Assembly: GCA_937948815.1 (NCBI GenBank)
Contig: CALFAM010000308.1
Location: forward strand, 5,817 to 69,816
Source of the DNA: an uncultured bacterium
GTDB taxonomy: Bacteria; Acidobacteriota; Thermoanaerobaculia; Multivoradales; J023
Reading direction: 5' to 3'
Length of the DNA: 64,000 bases
The notes beneath the pieces are model-generated. The model was given only the letters and a program-made list of their open reading frames with translations. It had not been told where the DNA came from and ran no database searches. The translations under genes and the position numbers were made by a program. Positions 52,612-62,766 of this stretch are shown one piece after another; position 1 is the stretch's first letter; each line of letters begins with the position of its first letter.

Positions 52612-53508
52612 ATGAGTGCCACCGGCGCGCCCCCATCGGGCCCCAGCAAAATCACCCTTCCCGCGCTGCACGAGAAAGCGGCACGCAGCGAGCGGCTGGT
52701 CATGATGACCGCATACGACTATCCGTCAGCGCGGATCGTCGACGACAGTGATGTCGACATGATTTTGGTCGGAGACAGCCTGGCGATGGTCGTACTGGGC
52801 CATGAATCGACCCTGTCGGTGACCATGGACGAGATGCTCCATCACGCACGCGCCGTGGCGCGCGGCGCACGCCGCGCCTTGCTGATCGGCGACATGCCCT
52901 TCATGAGCTTCCAGACCGGCCCGGCAGACGCCCTGCGCAACGCCGGTCGTTTTCTCAAGGAAGCTGGCATGGACGCGGTCAAGCTCGAAGGGGGAAAGCC
53001 CGTGGTCGAGAGCGTCCGCGCGATCACCCGCGCCGGGATCCCCGTGGTCGGACATCTTGGTCTCACCCCGCAGCACATTCGCGCATTGGGCGGTTATCGC
53101 GTGCAGGGCCGCACGGCCGATGCGGCGCGCGCCCTCTACGAAGATGCGCTCGCGCTCCAAGACGCGGGCTGTTTCTGCATCGTGATCGAGGGCGTACCGG
53201 CTCGTCTTGCGGCCTTCGTGACCGAGCGACTCGAGATTCCGACCATCGGAATCGGCGCCGGGGTCGGTACCTCGGGCCAGGTGCTCGTCTTTCACGATCT
53301 GCTCGGCCTGTGGGAAGGCAAGTCACCGCGTTTCGTCAAGCGCTACGCCGATCTCGGCGATCGCGCCCGCGCAGCCATGGCCACGTACCGCGACGAGGTC
53401 GCTGCCGGCACCTTCCCGGCCGACGAGCACAGCTACGGTATGAGTGACACGGAGTGGGATGCCTTCCTCGCAGCGATCGAGCAAGCGCCCATCGCGATGG
53501 TGCCGTGA
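52612..53508 (+). CDS. panB: 3-methyl-2-oxobutanoate hydroxymethyltransferase
   Basis: TAYDY, LVGDSL, DMPF, VKLEGG, GHLGLTPQ, IGIGAG, GQVLV.HD; SD GAGGAGG. Confidence 0.96.
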   Translation: MSATGAPPSGPSKITLPALHEKAARSERLVMMTAYDYPSARIVDDSDVDMILVGDSLAMVVLGHESTLSVTMDEMLHHARAVARGARRALLIGDMPFMSFQTGPADALRNAGRFLKEAGMDAVKLEGGKPVVESVRAITRAGIPVVGHLGLTPQHIRALGGYRVQGRTADAARALYEDALALQDAGCFCIVIEGVPARLAAFVTERLEIPTIGIGAGVGTSGQVLVFHDLLGLWEGKSPRFVKRYADLGDRARAAMATYRDEVAAGTFPADEHSYGMSDTEWDAFLAAIEQAPIAMVP

Positions 53509-54692
53509 CGCTGTCGAAGGACCATCGGATCGCGGATCGCACGGGGCCGGTTTCCGGCATCCCGCGGATCGCGGTGTTCGGCACGGGCGCCCTTGGCAGT
53601 CTGCTGGCAGCCCGCATCGGCGCCGCGCAGGCCGGAGACGTGACGGTCTTGGGAACGTGGGCGGCCGCTCTCGAAGCCATCGCGCGCCGCGGCATCACCA
53701 TCGACGGAGAGAACGTCGACGAAGGAAGGGCAGGGAGCCACACGGGCAGCAGGCTCGTCGCCCGCGTACGCGCCTGTCACCGCGACACCCTTGCCAACCA
53801 CCCGGCCGAACGCGCTGCTGCCGAATCGGAAGCGGTAGGACCCTTCGATCTGGTGCTGGTCGTGGTCAAGAGCTGGCAGACGCCCGCCATTGCTCCGTTT
53901 GTGGCCCGTGCGGTCTCACAAAACGGCCTGGTCATCTCGCTGCAAAACGGCCTGGGCAACCGCGAAGTCCTGGCGCGCCACGTCGCGCCCGCTCAACTTG
54001 CCGCCGGCGTGACCGCGGTCGGCGCCCGCCTTCTGGCACCCGGGCGCGTCCGGCCTGGCGGCGATGGCGGCACCGTGCTGGCGCCGCCGGATGGTGCCGC
54101 CGCCAATCACAATGGCGACGACACCCACCTGCTGCGCGCCGCCCGCGTCTTTCGCGACGCGGGGCTCACCGTGCACACCACGGACGATCTCGCGCCTGCC
54201 GTGTGGAGCAAGCTGGCGGTCAACTGCGCGATCAATCCCTTGACCGCCCTCGCCCATGTGCCCAACGGCGTGCTGGTCGAGACGGCCGGCCGGCGCCGGC
54301 TGATGACCGCGATCGCGCGCGAGGTGGCGTCTGTGGCGTCCGCCCAGAGCATCGTCTTCGACCACGACCCTGCGAAACGCGCCCTGGACGTGGCGGCGGC
54401 GACCGCGACCAACCACAATTCGATGCTCCAGGACGTGCTGACGGGACGACGCACCGAGATCGATGCCTTGTCTGGCGCCGTCGTCGCGCGGGCCGAGGCA
54501 GTTGGGGTCGACGTGCCCCTCAACCGGGCGCTGGCTGAGCGTGTCAGCCAGCTCGACGACGATCGGGATCATCCGGCGCGGATGGCAGGCCGCTCAGACG
54601 GCGCAGAACCCCACCCGGATCTCGACACCCTGCGCGACCTCGAAGCGGTGGCCGAGCTGGCCAGCAGTGGCGTACCCCAGGCGGTGGCATGA
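53505..54692 (+). CDS. panE: 2-dehydropantoate 2-reductase
   Basis: IAVFGTGALG, LQNGLGN, WSKLAVNCAINPLTA, SMLQDV..GR.TEID. Confidence 0.9.
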   Translation: MTLSKDHRIADRTGPVSGIPRIAVFGTGALGSLLAARIGAAQAGDVTVLGTWAAALEAIARRGITIDGENVDEGRAGSHTGSRLVARVRACHRDTLANHPAERAAAESEAVGPFDLVLVVVKSWQTPAIAPFVARAVSQNGLVISLQNGLGNREVLARHVAPAQLAAGVTAVGARLLAPGRVRPGGDGGTVLAPPDGAAANHNGDDTHLLRAARVFRDAGLTVHTTDDLAPAVWSKLAVNCAINPLTALAHVPNGVLVETAGRRRLMTAIAREVASVASAQSIVFDHDPAKRALDVAAATATNHNSMLQDVLTGRRTEIDALSGAVVARAEAVGVDVPLNRALAERVSQLDDDRDHPARMAGRSDGAEPHPDLDTLRDLEAVAELASSGVPQAVA

Positions 54693-55564
54693 TGGCGGTG
54701 ATCGAGACCTTGGAGACGATCGCGGCGGTGCGCGCCTGGCGGGCTTCGGGAGGTTGGCGCACGGTGGGCCTGGTTCCGACCATGGGCTATCTGCACGAAG
54801 GCCACCTCGCCCTGGTCGCCGAAGCGCGCGCGACCTGCGAAAAGGTGGTGGCTTCGATTTTCGTCAACCCCGCGCAGTTTGACCGCGAAGAGGATCTCGC
54901 GGCTTATCCGGTCGATCTCGAGCAGGACAAGCGCCTGCTCGCCAAAGCCGGCTGCGACGCGCTGTTCCTGCCGACGCCCGCGACGATGTATCCCGAAGGC
55001 TTCGACACCTGGGTCGAGCCAGGAGCCGTCGCCGCCGAGCAGGAGGGCCGCCACCGCCCGGGGCACTTCCGCGGCGTCGCGACGGTCGTGCTCAAGCTAC
55101 TCAACATCGTGCAGCCGAGCCACGCCTTCTTCGGCCAGAAAGATGCGCAACAGCTGGCCGTGATCCGCGCCTTCGTACGCGACCTCGACGTGGCGACCGC
55201 GATCGTGCCCGTGGCGACTCAGCGCGAGGCTGACGGGCTGGCGCGCTCGAGCCGCAACGTGCGCTTGAGCCCGGCCGAGCGTCAGGCTGCGACGGTCCTG
55301 TACCGCGGCCTGCGGGCAGCGGAAGATGCTTTTCGATCTGGCGAGGGGCGCGCCGCGGCCCTTGCCCATGCCGTGCACGCGGTGCTCGATGCCGAGCCGC
55401 GCGCGCAAACTGAGTACGTCAGCGTCGCCGATCCCGACACCCTGCGCGAGCTCGACACCGTCGAGACCCGCGCGCTCGTTTCACTCGCCGTGTGGATCGG
55501 CAAGACACGCTTGATTGATAATCTGATTCTCGACGCGTCCGAACAGGCGCGTGATGGAGCCTAA
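54689..55564 (+). CDS. panC: Pantoate-beta-alanine ligase
   Basis: VPTMGYLHEGH, SIFVNP.QF, RPGHFRGV, FGQKDAQQ, READGLA.SSRN, RLIDN. Confidence 0.96.
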   Translation: MMAVIETLETIAAVRAWRASGGWRTVGLVPTMGYLHEGHLALVAEARATCEKVVASIFVNPAQFDREEDLAAYPVDLEQDKRLLAKAGCDALFLPTPATMYPEGFDTWVEPGAVAAEQEGRHRPGHFRGVATVVLKLLNIVQPSHAFFGQKDAQQLAVIRAFVRDLDVATAIVPVATQREADGLARSSRNVRLSPAERQAATVLYRGLRAAEDAFRSGEGRAAALAHAVHAVLDAEPRAQTEYVSVADPDTLRELDTVETRALVSLAVWIGKTRLIDNLILDASEQARDGA

Positions 55565-55566
55565 CG

Positions 55567-55974
55567 ATGCAACGAACCCTCCTTCACGGCAAGATTCACC
55601 GTGCCACGGTCACCGGAGCCGATGTCGACTACGTTGGCTCCATCTCGCTGGACCGCGACCTGATCGCCGCGGCCAACCTGCTCGAGTGGGAGCGGGTCCA
55701 GGTGGTCGATGTCGACAACGGCTCCCGGCTCGAGACCTACGTCATTCCGGCACCCGCCGGATCCGGGACCGTGCAGCTCAACGGCGCGGCCGCCCACTTG
55801 GTCAATGTCGGCGACAAGGTCATCATCATGAGCTACGCCACCATGGACCAGGCGGCGGCCATGGGCTGGGAGCCGACCGTGGTCCACGTCGATGCCGAGA
55901 ACCGCATCGCCGAGGTGACCCAAGGTGGTGAGGCAGGGCCGTTCAACGTGCCGCCACTCGCCGTCAACGCTTGA
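55567..55974 (+). CDS. panD: Aspartate 1-decarboxylase
   Basis: KIHRATVT, YVGSI cleavage site, NG.RLETY, LNGAAA. Confidence 0.95.
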   Translation: MQRTLLHGKIHRATVTGADVDYVGSISLDRDLIAAANLLEWERVQVVDVDNGSRLETYVIPAPAGSGTVQLNGAAAHLVNVGDKVIIMSYATMDQAAAMGWEPTVVHVDAENRIAEVTQGGEAGPFNVPPLAVNA

Positions 55975-56093
55975 GCCGCCCGCTTCGGGCAGCAGGCGTC
56001 CGAGCGACCCTGCGATAGGATTCCGCGCGACTCGAAAGCCCGTTTGCTTCAATCCGCCTCGGAGCGCCAGTCTCCGCTGGAGAAGGTCTGACC

Positions 56094-57704
56094 ATGAGCC
56101 AGAACGTTGCCTCAAGCCCAGCCACCGGTGCCGACGCCACCGAGCCTGACTCGGCCACCACTGTCGGGGAGCTCGAGCGGCGCCTCGAAGCCGCCCAACT
56201 TGGGGGTGGAGAAGCGCGGATCAAGCGCCAGCACGATGCCGGCAAGCTGACCGCGCGGGAGCGCATCGACCTGCTCCTCGACCCCGGCTCGTTCGTCGAG
56301 CTCGATGCCTTGGTGACCCACCGGTGCCAGGACTTCGGCATGAGCGCCCAGCAGATTCCTGGCGACGGCGTGGTCTCCGGGTACGGATCGGTCGACGGCC
56401 GGCTGGTCTATGTCTTCGCGCAAGACTTCACCGTATTCGGCGGCTCACTCTCCGAGACCAACGCCCAGAAGATCTGCAAGGTCATGGACCTGGCGGTGGA
56501 GAACGGCGCGCCCCTGATCGGCCTCAACGACTCGGGGGGCGCGCGGATCCAGGAGGGCGTGGCGTCGCTGGCGGGCTACACGGACATCTTCCTGCGCAAC
56601 ACCCTGGCGTCGGGCGTGATCCCACAGATCAGCGCGATCATGGGCCCGTGCGCGGGTGGCGCGGTCTACTCACCGGCCATCACCGACTTCATCTTCATGG
56701 TCGAGGGCACGAGCTACATGTTCGTCACCGGCCCGGACGTGATCAAGACGGTGACCCACGAAGAGGTGACCAAGGAAGCGCTGGGCGGCGCCAGCACCCA
56801 CAGCGCCACCAGCGGCGTCGCGCACTTCACCTGCCCGAACGACGCGGGCTGCCTGCTGAGCGTGCGCGAGCTGCTGTCCTACCTGCCCTCGAACAACCTC
56901 GACGATCCGCCGCTCGGCAACTCGGACGACGACCCCAACCGCGCCGACGAGAGCCTGAACGATCTGGTGCCGGCCGACCCGAACAAGCCCTACGACATCA
57001 AGAAGCTGATTCGGGGCGTGGTCGACGACGGCGGGTTTCTCGAAGTGCAGCCGGACTACGCGAAGAACATCGTGGTCGGCTTCGCTCGCCTGGCCAACCA
57101 GAGCGTCGGGATCGTTGCCAACCAACCCAACTACCTCGCGGGCGTGCTCGATATCAACGCTTCGCTCAAGGGCGCACGCTTCGTACGCTTCTGCGATGCC
57201 TTCAACATTCCGTTGATCACCTTCGAAGACGTGCCCGGCTTCCTGCCCGGCACCCAGCAGGAGCTCGGTGGCATCATCAAGCACGGCGCCAAGCTGCTCT
57301 TCGCATTCGCCGAAGCGACCGTCCCCAAGCTCACCGTGATCACCCGCAAGGCCTACGGCGGCGCCTACTGCGTGATGGCCTCGAAGCACCTCCGCACCGA
57401 TGCCAACTTCGCCTTTCCCACCGCCGAGATCGCGGTCATGGGCCCCGAAGGCGCCGTCAACGTCCTCTACCGGCGCGAGCTGGCGGCGGCCCAGGACGAC
57501 GACGAAATGGCGACGATCCGTGCCGAGAAGGTGGCGGCCTACCGCGCCCGCTTCTCGAATCCCTACATCGCGGCAGAGCGTGGCTTCGTGGACGCGATCA
57601 TCGAGCCCCAGCACACACGCAAGCACCTGATCCGCGCCCTGCGCCAGCTCGGATCCAAGCGTCAGAGCTCACCGCCCAAGAAGCACGGCAACATCCCGCT
57701 GTAG
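56094..57704 (+). CDS. pccB: Acyl-CoA (propionyl/methylmalonyl-CoA) carboxyltransferase beta subunit
   Basis: [63 protein letters not shown]. Confidence 0.9.
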   Translation: MSQNVASSPATGADATEPDSATTVGELERRLEAAQLGGGEARIKRQHDAGKLTARERIDLLLDPGSFVELDALVTHRCQDFGMSAQQIPGDGVVSGYGSVDGRLVYVFAQDFTVFGGSLSETNAQKICKVMDLAVENGAPLIGLNDSGGARIQEGVASLAGYTDIFLRNTLASGVIPQISAIMGPCAGGAVYSPAITDFIFMVEGTSYMFVTGPDVIKTVTHEEVTKEALGGASTHSATSGVAHFTCPNDAGCLLSVRELLSYLPSNNLDDPPLGNSDDDPNRADESLNDLVPADPNKPYDIKKLIRGVVDDGGFLEVQPDYAKNIVVGFARLANQSVGIVANQPNYLAGVLDINASLKGARFVRFCDAFNIPLITFEDVPGFLPGTQQELGGIIKHGAKLLFAFAEATVPKLTVITRKAYGGAYCVMASKHLRTDANFAFPTAEIAVMGPEGAVNVLYRRELAAAQDDDEMATIRAEKVAAYRARFSNPYIAAERGFVDAIIEPQHTRKHLIRALRQLGSKRQSSPPKKHGNIPL

Positions 57705-57754
57705 CCGGGCAGACGTGCCGATCAGGAGGCCGAGCGGGTCACGCTCGGCGATCC

Positions 57755-57783
57755 TTGACAGGACCCAGCCGGTGGGACATGCT
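57755..57783 (+). promoter_or_regulatory. Sigma70-type promoter TTGACA-17-CATGCT for the small basic protein-rpiB-glyA-folC unit
   Basis: Exact -35 and 17-nt spacing; preceded by hairpin GCCGAGCG/CGCTCGGC (57729-57749). Confidence 0.6.
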
Positions 57784-57867
57784 GGCGCCCGTTTCGTCCG
57801 ATCGATTTCCCGCGCCCGAGCCACTTCCAACGACGATGGCCGTGTGGGCAACTCCGGAGACATCTGA

Positions 57868-58140
57868 ATGCGTGAGAAAGACCGCGAATTGCGGCGTCGC
57901 CGTAAGCGTCGTGTGGAACGTCTGAAGAAGCAGCGCCTCGAAGCCATTGCCGAGGGCAAGAAGTCGACCCGCACCACCAAGCGGGCCGCAGCCAAGAAGG
58001 CCGCCCCGAAGAAGGCCAAGGAAAAGGCTCCCGAGGCCGAGAAGCCGGCCGAAGACGCGCCAGCAGAAAGTGCGCCTGCCGACGCGGCGCCCACCGGCGA
58101 CGCGGCTGACAGCGACGCCGCAGACAGCGACGCCAGCTGA
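57868..58140 (+). CDS. Small protein with Arg/Lys-rich N-terminus and acidic Ala/Asp/Glu tail (DUF6800-like)
   Basis: MREKDRELRRRRKRR…AAKKAAPKK…DAADSDAS; GGAG SD; 6 nt before rpiB. Confidence 0.7.
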   Translation: MREKDRELRRRRKRRVERLKKQRLEAIAEGKKSTRTTKRAAAKKAAPKKAKEKAPEAEKPAEDAPAESAPADAAPTGDAADSDAADSDAS

Positions 58141-58146
58141 GGCGCC

Positions 58147-58608
58147 ATGAAGATCGCCGTCGGTGCCGACCACGCCGGCCTCCTGCTCAAGGAGCGGCTG
58201 GTCGTCTTGCTGCGTGAAGAAGGTCACGAGGTCGAAGACTTCGGCACGAACACGTCCGAGAGTGTCGACTATCCGGACTTCGCCCAGCGCGTTGCGCAGG
58301 CTGTGGCAGGCGATCGCGCCATGCTCGGCCTGCTCGTGTGCGGCACGGGTACGGGCATGGCGATCGCCGCCAACAAGCTCGACGGTGTGCGCGCGGCCGC
58401 GTGTACCAATACGTTCTGCGCCCGCATGGCGCGCGCGCACAACAACGCCAACATCCTGGCCTTGGGTGAGCGTGTGATCGGCGCCGGTGTGGCCGAGGAC
58501 GTGCTGCGTGCATTTCTCGAGACGCCGTTCGATGGCGGCCGACACGCGACCCGCGTGGCCAAGATCGACGCACTCGGCGCGGGCTCGAGCGTGCAACCGG
58601 CCCCGTAA
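58147..58608 (+). CDS. rpiB: Ribose-5-phosphate isomerase B
   Basis: IAVGADHAG, DYPD, CGTGTG, ANK..GVRAA, HNNANIL, GGRH..RV. Confidence 0.95.
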   Translation: MKIAVGADHAGLLLKERLVVLLREEGHEVEDFGTNTSESVDYPDFAQRVAQAVAGDRAMLGLLVCGTGTGMAIAANKLDGVRAAACTNTFCARMARAHNNANILALGERVIGAGVAEDVLRAFLETPFDGGRHATRVAKIDALGAGSSVQPAP

Positions 58609-58673
58609 TCTGAACCGCGACACCCAGGGCTGACACACGCCGCCAGCGCGCGTGTCCAGGAGACCCTCACCCG

Positions 58674-59927
58674 ATGCCCAGCTACGAAGCACTCAAGCAG
58701 GTCGATCCCGAAATCCACCAAGTCCTCGTCGACGAGCGGCAGCGACAGGATCGCGGGCTCGAGTTGATCGCCTCGGAGAACTTCGCCAGCACGGCGGTGC
58801 TCGAGGCTGCCGGCGGCGTGCTCACCAACAAGTACGCCGAGGGCTACCCGGGCCGCCGCTACTACGGCGGCTGCGAGCATGTCGACACGGCCGAGCGGCT
58901 GGCGCAGAAGCGGGCCAAGGCACTCTTTGGTGCCGAGCACGCCAACGTCCAACCGCACTCTGGGACGACGGCAAACATGGCGATCTACTTCGCCATGCTG
59001 CGCCCCGGCGACACGCTGATGGGCATGGATCTCGCGAGCGGTGGACACCTCACGCACGGCCACCCGCTGTCCTACAGCGGCCGCGACTTCGTGGTGGTGA
59101 GCTACGGCGTCGACCGCGAAACCGAGCGCATCGATTACGACCAGGTCGCCCAGCTGGCGAACGAGCACCGGCCGAAGCTGATCGTCTGTGGCGCTTCCGC
59201 TTACAGCCGGGTCATCGATTTCGCGCGCTTCCGCGCCATCGCTGACGAGGTTGGCGCCCTGTTGATGGCGGACATCGCGCACATTGCCGGCCTGGTCGCG
59301 GCCGGCGTCCACCCGTCACCCGTACCGCACTGCCACTTCGTCACCACGACCACGCACAAGACGCTGCGGGGTCCGCGGGGTGGGCTGATCCTGTGCACGG
59401 CCGAGCACCAGAAGGTGATCGACCGCGCGCTCTTCCCCGGGCTGCAGGGTGGTCCGCTGATGCATATCGTGGCAGCCAAGGCCGTTGCGTTCCACGAGGC
59501 CGCATCCGAGACGTTCCGCGCCGACCAGCACCAGACCGTGGCCAACGCACGCGCCCTGGCGGCCCGGCTCATCGAGCGCGGCCATCGCATCGTCTCCGGT
59601 GGCACCGACAACCACGTGTTCTTGCTCGACGTGGGTGCCGCGGACCTGACCGGCAAGATCGCGGAGAAGGCGCTGGAGCAGGCTGGGATCACGGTCAACA
59701 AGAATACGATCCCCTACGATCCCAAGCCGCCCTTGGTCGCTTCGGGCATTCGCCTGGGTACCCCAGCCCTGACCAGCCGCAAGATGAACGAGGCAGCCAT
59801 GGTCGACGTTGCCGATCTGATTGCCGACGCACTGGAAGCCGTCGACGACGCTCCGGCACTCGAAGCCGTCAAGCGTCGGGTCGAGGTGCTTTGCGACCGC
59901 TTCCCGCTCTATCGCGAGCTGGCCTGA
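58674..59927 (+). CDS. glyA: Serine hydroxymethyltransferase
   Basis: [41 protein letters not shown]. Confidence 0.97.
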   Translation: MPSYEALKQVDPEIHQVLVDERQRQDRGLELIASENFASTAVLEAAGGVLTNKYAEGYPGRRYYGGCEHVDTAERLAQKRAKALFGAEHANVQPHSGTTANMAIYFAMLRPGDTLMGMDLASGGHLTHGHPLSYSGRDFVVVSYGVDRETERIDYDQVAQLANEHRPKLIVCGASAYSRVIDFARFRAIADEVGALLMADIAHIAGLVAAGVHPSPVPHCHFVTTTTHKTLRGPRGGLILCTAEHQKVIDRALFPGLQGGPLMHIVAAKAVAFHEAASETFRADQHQTVANARALAARLIERGHRIVSGGTDNHVFLLDVGAADLTGKIAEKALEQAGITVNKNTIPYDPKPPLVASGIRLGTPALTSRKMNEAAMVDVADLIADALEAVDDAPALEAVKRRVEVLCDRFPLYRELA

Positions 59928-59957
59928 CTCGTCACGGGGGCACCCCCTAGCCACGAC

Positions 59958-61394
59958 ATGACCCGCACGCCCGAGGCCGACTCTCACGATCCGGGAGGCG
60001 CGCCCTCGGGAGATGCCCCGTTGGAAGAGACGCTGGCGACGTGCTGGGCGCGCCTGCTCGCGCTGCCACGCTTTCCAAACGGCGACGGCCGCCAGCGCCT
60101 CCAGCGCTTGCTCGCTCCCCTCGCGGACCGCCCCGCCGGGCGCGATGCGATCAAGATCACAGGATCGAATGGCAAGGGCTCGACGGCAGCGATGACCGCG
60201 GCGATCCTTCGCGCTGCGGGCGTGTCGACCGGGCTGTTCACCTCACCGCACCTACGCGCACCGAACGAGCGCTTCGTGATCGATGGCGCGCCGATCGAGC
60301 CTGCGGCGTTCGTCCGGTCGGCGCAGTGGGTGCTCGGGCGAATCGAAGCTGACGGGCCCGAGCGGTCGGAAAGGCACGACCCGAAAGAGCACGTCGGCAT
60401 CTTCGAGGCCCTCACCGCCCTCGCCATCCATGCATTCGACGAAGCCGGCGTCGACGCCTGGATCCTCGAAGCCGGCATCGGTGGCCGCCTCGACCCGACC
60501 GGAGCGATTCCAGGCCAACTGAGCGCCATTGTCTCGGTCGACCTCGAGCACACCGAGCTCCTGGGGGCGACCGAAGCCGCCATCGCTCGCGACAAGGCCG
60601 ACCTCGCCGACGATCGCTCGACCCTGCTGCTCGGCGACCTCGGGCCAGCTCTCCGCGAGGAGGTTCGCCGCCACGTCGGCGCTCGCGGCGTGACGGTGCA
60701 TGGGGCACGGGGCGGGTGCACGGTGCGCGACGTTCGTCAGCGGGATAGCCGCACGTGGGTCGATTTCACGATGGGTGACCGGCAACTCGACGACGTGCAC
60801 CTCGGTTTCGATGGTGCTCACCAGGCACACAATGCAGCCCTGGCAGGTGCGCTCGCCGCCCGCTGGCTGGCGCGGCATCGTCCGACCCTCACAGTCGACC
60901 AGGTCGACGCGGCCATCCGGCACGGTCTGGCAGAAGACAGCCTGGCCGGGCGCTTCGAGCGCGTTCACCAAGATCCTGCTGTGTGGGTGGACGTCGCCCA
61001 CACACCGGCCGCGACACGTGCCCTCGCGACAGTCGTCCGCGCGCGCCAGGAAGAGCGACCGCTCCTGCTCGTCACTGGCGTCGCCGCGGGCCGCGACCCT
61101 CGAGCCCTCCTCGCACCCCTCGCACCCCTCGCCAGCCACATCATCGTCACCCGTGCCCACCATCGCGGCGGCGATCCCGCGCCCGTGGCCCGAGCCCTCG
61201 CCCAGCTCACATCCGAAGCGCGGCCACAGCCTCCGCTCGACACCCTTGCGCCGCTGCACACCGCGATCGAGATGGCGATGGTCGCGGCGAGACGCGAGGG
61301 CATGTACATCTTGGTCGCCGGTGGCTTTTTCCTCGCGGCCGAGACCATCGCGATCCTCGAAGGCCGTGATCCACGCGCCTGCGCCTTCTTCTGA
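59958..61394 (+). CDS. folC: Folylpolyglutamate synthase/dihydrofolate synthase family protein
   Basis: ITGSNGKGST, FTSPHL, EAGIGGRLD, LEHTELLG, GRFE, DVAH. Confidence 0.85.
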   Translation: MTRTPEADSHDPGGAPSGDAPLEETLATCWARLLALPRFPNGDGRQRLQRLLAPLADRPAGRDAIKITGSNGKGSTAAMTAAILRAAGVSTGLFTSPHLRAPNERFVIDGAPIEPAAFVRSAQWVLGRIEADGPERSERHDPKEHVGIFEALTALAIHAFDEAGVDAWILEAGIGGRLDPTGAIPGQLSAIVSVDLEHTELLGATEAAIARDKADLADDRSTLLLGDLGPALREEVRRHVGARGVTVHGARGGCTVRDVRQRDSRTWVDFTMGDRQLDDVHLGFDGAHQAHNAALAGALAARWLARHRPTLTVDQVDAAIRHGLAEDSLAGRFERVHQDPAVWVDVAHTPAATRALATVVRARQEERPLLLVTGVAAGRDPRALLAPLAPLASHIIVTRAHHRGGDPAPVARALAQLTSEARPQPPLDTLAPLHTAIEMAMVAARREGMYILVAGGFFLAAETIAILEGRDPRACAFF

Positions 61395-61616
61395 CGCGTC
61401 TTCAGAGACGCCAGCACAGATTCGGTCGCAGGATCTCCCACCTCGGGCTCGTCACGGGTGCGCGCTTTCCCCTGGACAACCGGTATCGGCATGGACGCGG
61501 CGTCGCGGACCGAGCGCGGCACACGGCCCGCGATCAGCTCGGTGAGCGCCTCGCCACGCTTGGGGGCGGCAGCGCGAGGCGTCTCTTTCCTGCGCCGAAC
61601 TTGCTATCGTCGATGA

Positions 61617-62594
61617 ATGCTGAATCCGAGCCTGAAGTGCACGATCTTGATCCTCTCCCTTTCATCCAGCATCGGCTGCTCGGGAACGACTGATGGCACG
61701 AGCCCGGAGTCCGATGAGCTCTCCGTGGCCGATGGCTCCGCAGCAATCACGGGTGCCGTGGACCGCTACCTCGGACAGCTGCCTCCAGGCCGCGAGCCGC
61801 AGATCTTTGCGCCGGGCCAGGCTTCCTTCCCGGACGTCCACGAGTTCGGGTCGGTCTTCTCTGCCGACGGCCTCGCGCTCTACTACGGTGTCCAGCTCCG
61901 CGACCGAGCGGAGATTCGCGGCATCTTCTTCGAGAATGGCCAGTGGCAGCCCCCGGTACCCGTGGTCTCCGACCCGCAGTTCGGCGCCAACGACCCCTTC
62001 CTGTCACCGAACGAAGACCGGCTCTACTTCATCTCGAACCGTCCGCTCGCGGATGGCGGACCGGCGAAGGACATCGACATCTGGTATCTCGAACGGCAAG
62101 CGGGCGGGTGGTCGCCTCCGATCAACGCCGGCCCAGCGATCAACTCCGAGCGCGACGAGTACTACATCTCGTTCACGGACGACGGCGCGCTTTACTTCGC
62201 GTCGAATGTCGCCGCCGGAGCCGAGCGTTCCCACGACTTCGACCTCTATGTCGCCCAACCGACCCCTGGAGGCTTCGCCGCGCCCGAGCGCCTGGCGGGG
62301 GAGATCAACACGCCAGGCTACGAGGCCGACGCTTTCGTCGCGCCTGATGGTCGCTACATCATCTTCTCCTCGTCCCGGAAAGACGGCTTCGGACGCGGCG
62401 ATCTCTACGTGAGCGTCCGGCGTGATGACGGAACCTGGAGCGAAGGTCGGCACCTGGACTCGCCGATCAACACCGAGGGGCACGAGCTCTGCCCGTTCGT
62501 GACCCGGGACGGACGCTACTTCTTCTACACCAGCAACCAAGATCTCTTCTGGGTCGATGCAGCCGTGCTCGAGCCCTTCCTCACAATGCCCTGA
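61617..62594 (+). CDS. Lipoprotein with PD40 (TolB/WD40-like) beta-propeller repeats
   Basis: SIGC lipobox; repeated SPN/APD..LYF.S.R…D.. and INT/INS units. Confidence 0.8.
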   Translation: MLNPSLKCTILILSLSSSIGCSGTTDGTSPESDELSVADGSAAITGAVDRYLGQLPPGREPQIFAPGQASFPDVHEFGSVFSADGLALYYGVQLRDRAEIRGIFFENGQWQPPVPVVSDPQFGANDPFLSPNEDRLYFISNRPLADGGPAKDIDIWYLERQAGGWSPPINAGPAINSERDEYYISFTDDGALYFASNVAAGAERSHDFDLYVAQPTPGGFAAPERLAGEINTPGYEADAFVAPDGRYIIFSSSRKDGFGRGDLYVSVRRDDGTWSEGRHLDSPINTEGHELCPFVTRDGRYFFYTSNQDLFWVDAAVLEPFLTMP

Positions 62595-62766
62595 ATGCCG
62601 ACTGCGGTGTCCGGTACCTGTTGCCGGTTCGCGCGCGCGCCGATCGATCGCTGCGATGAATCGAGGAGAAGCCTCTGCCCTCCGTGGAGGCATTGGTGGA
62701 ACGACCGGCAAGGCATCTGGAGGCCCCAGATAGCGGTATCGACTGGGAGCGTGCGCGGGCTTGTGC

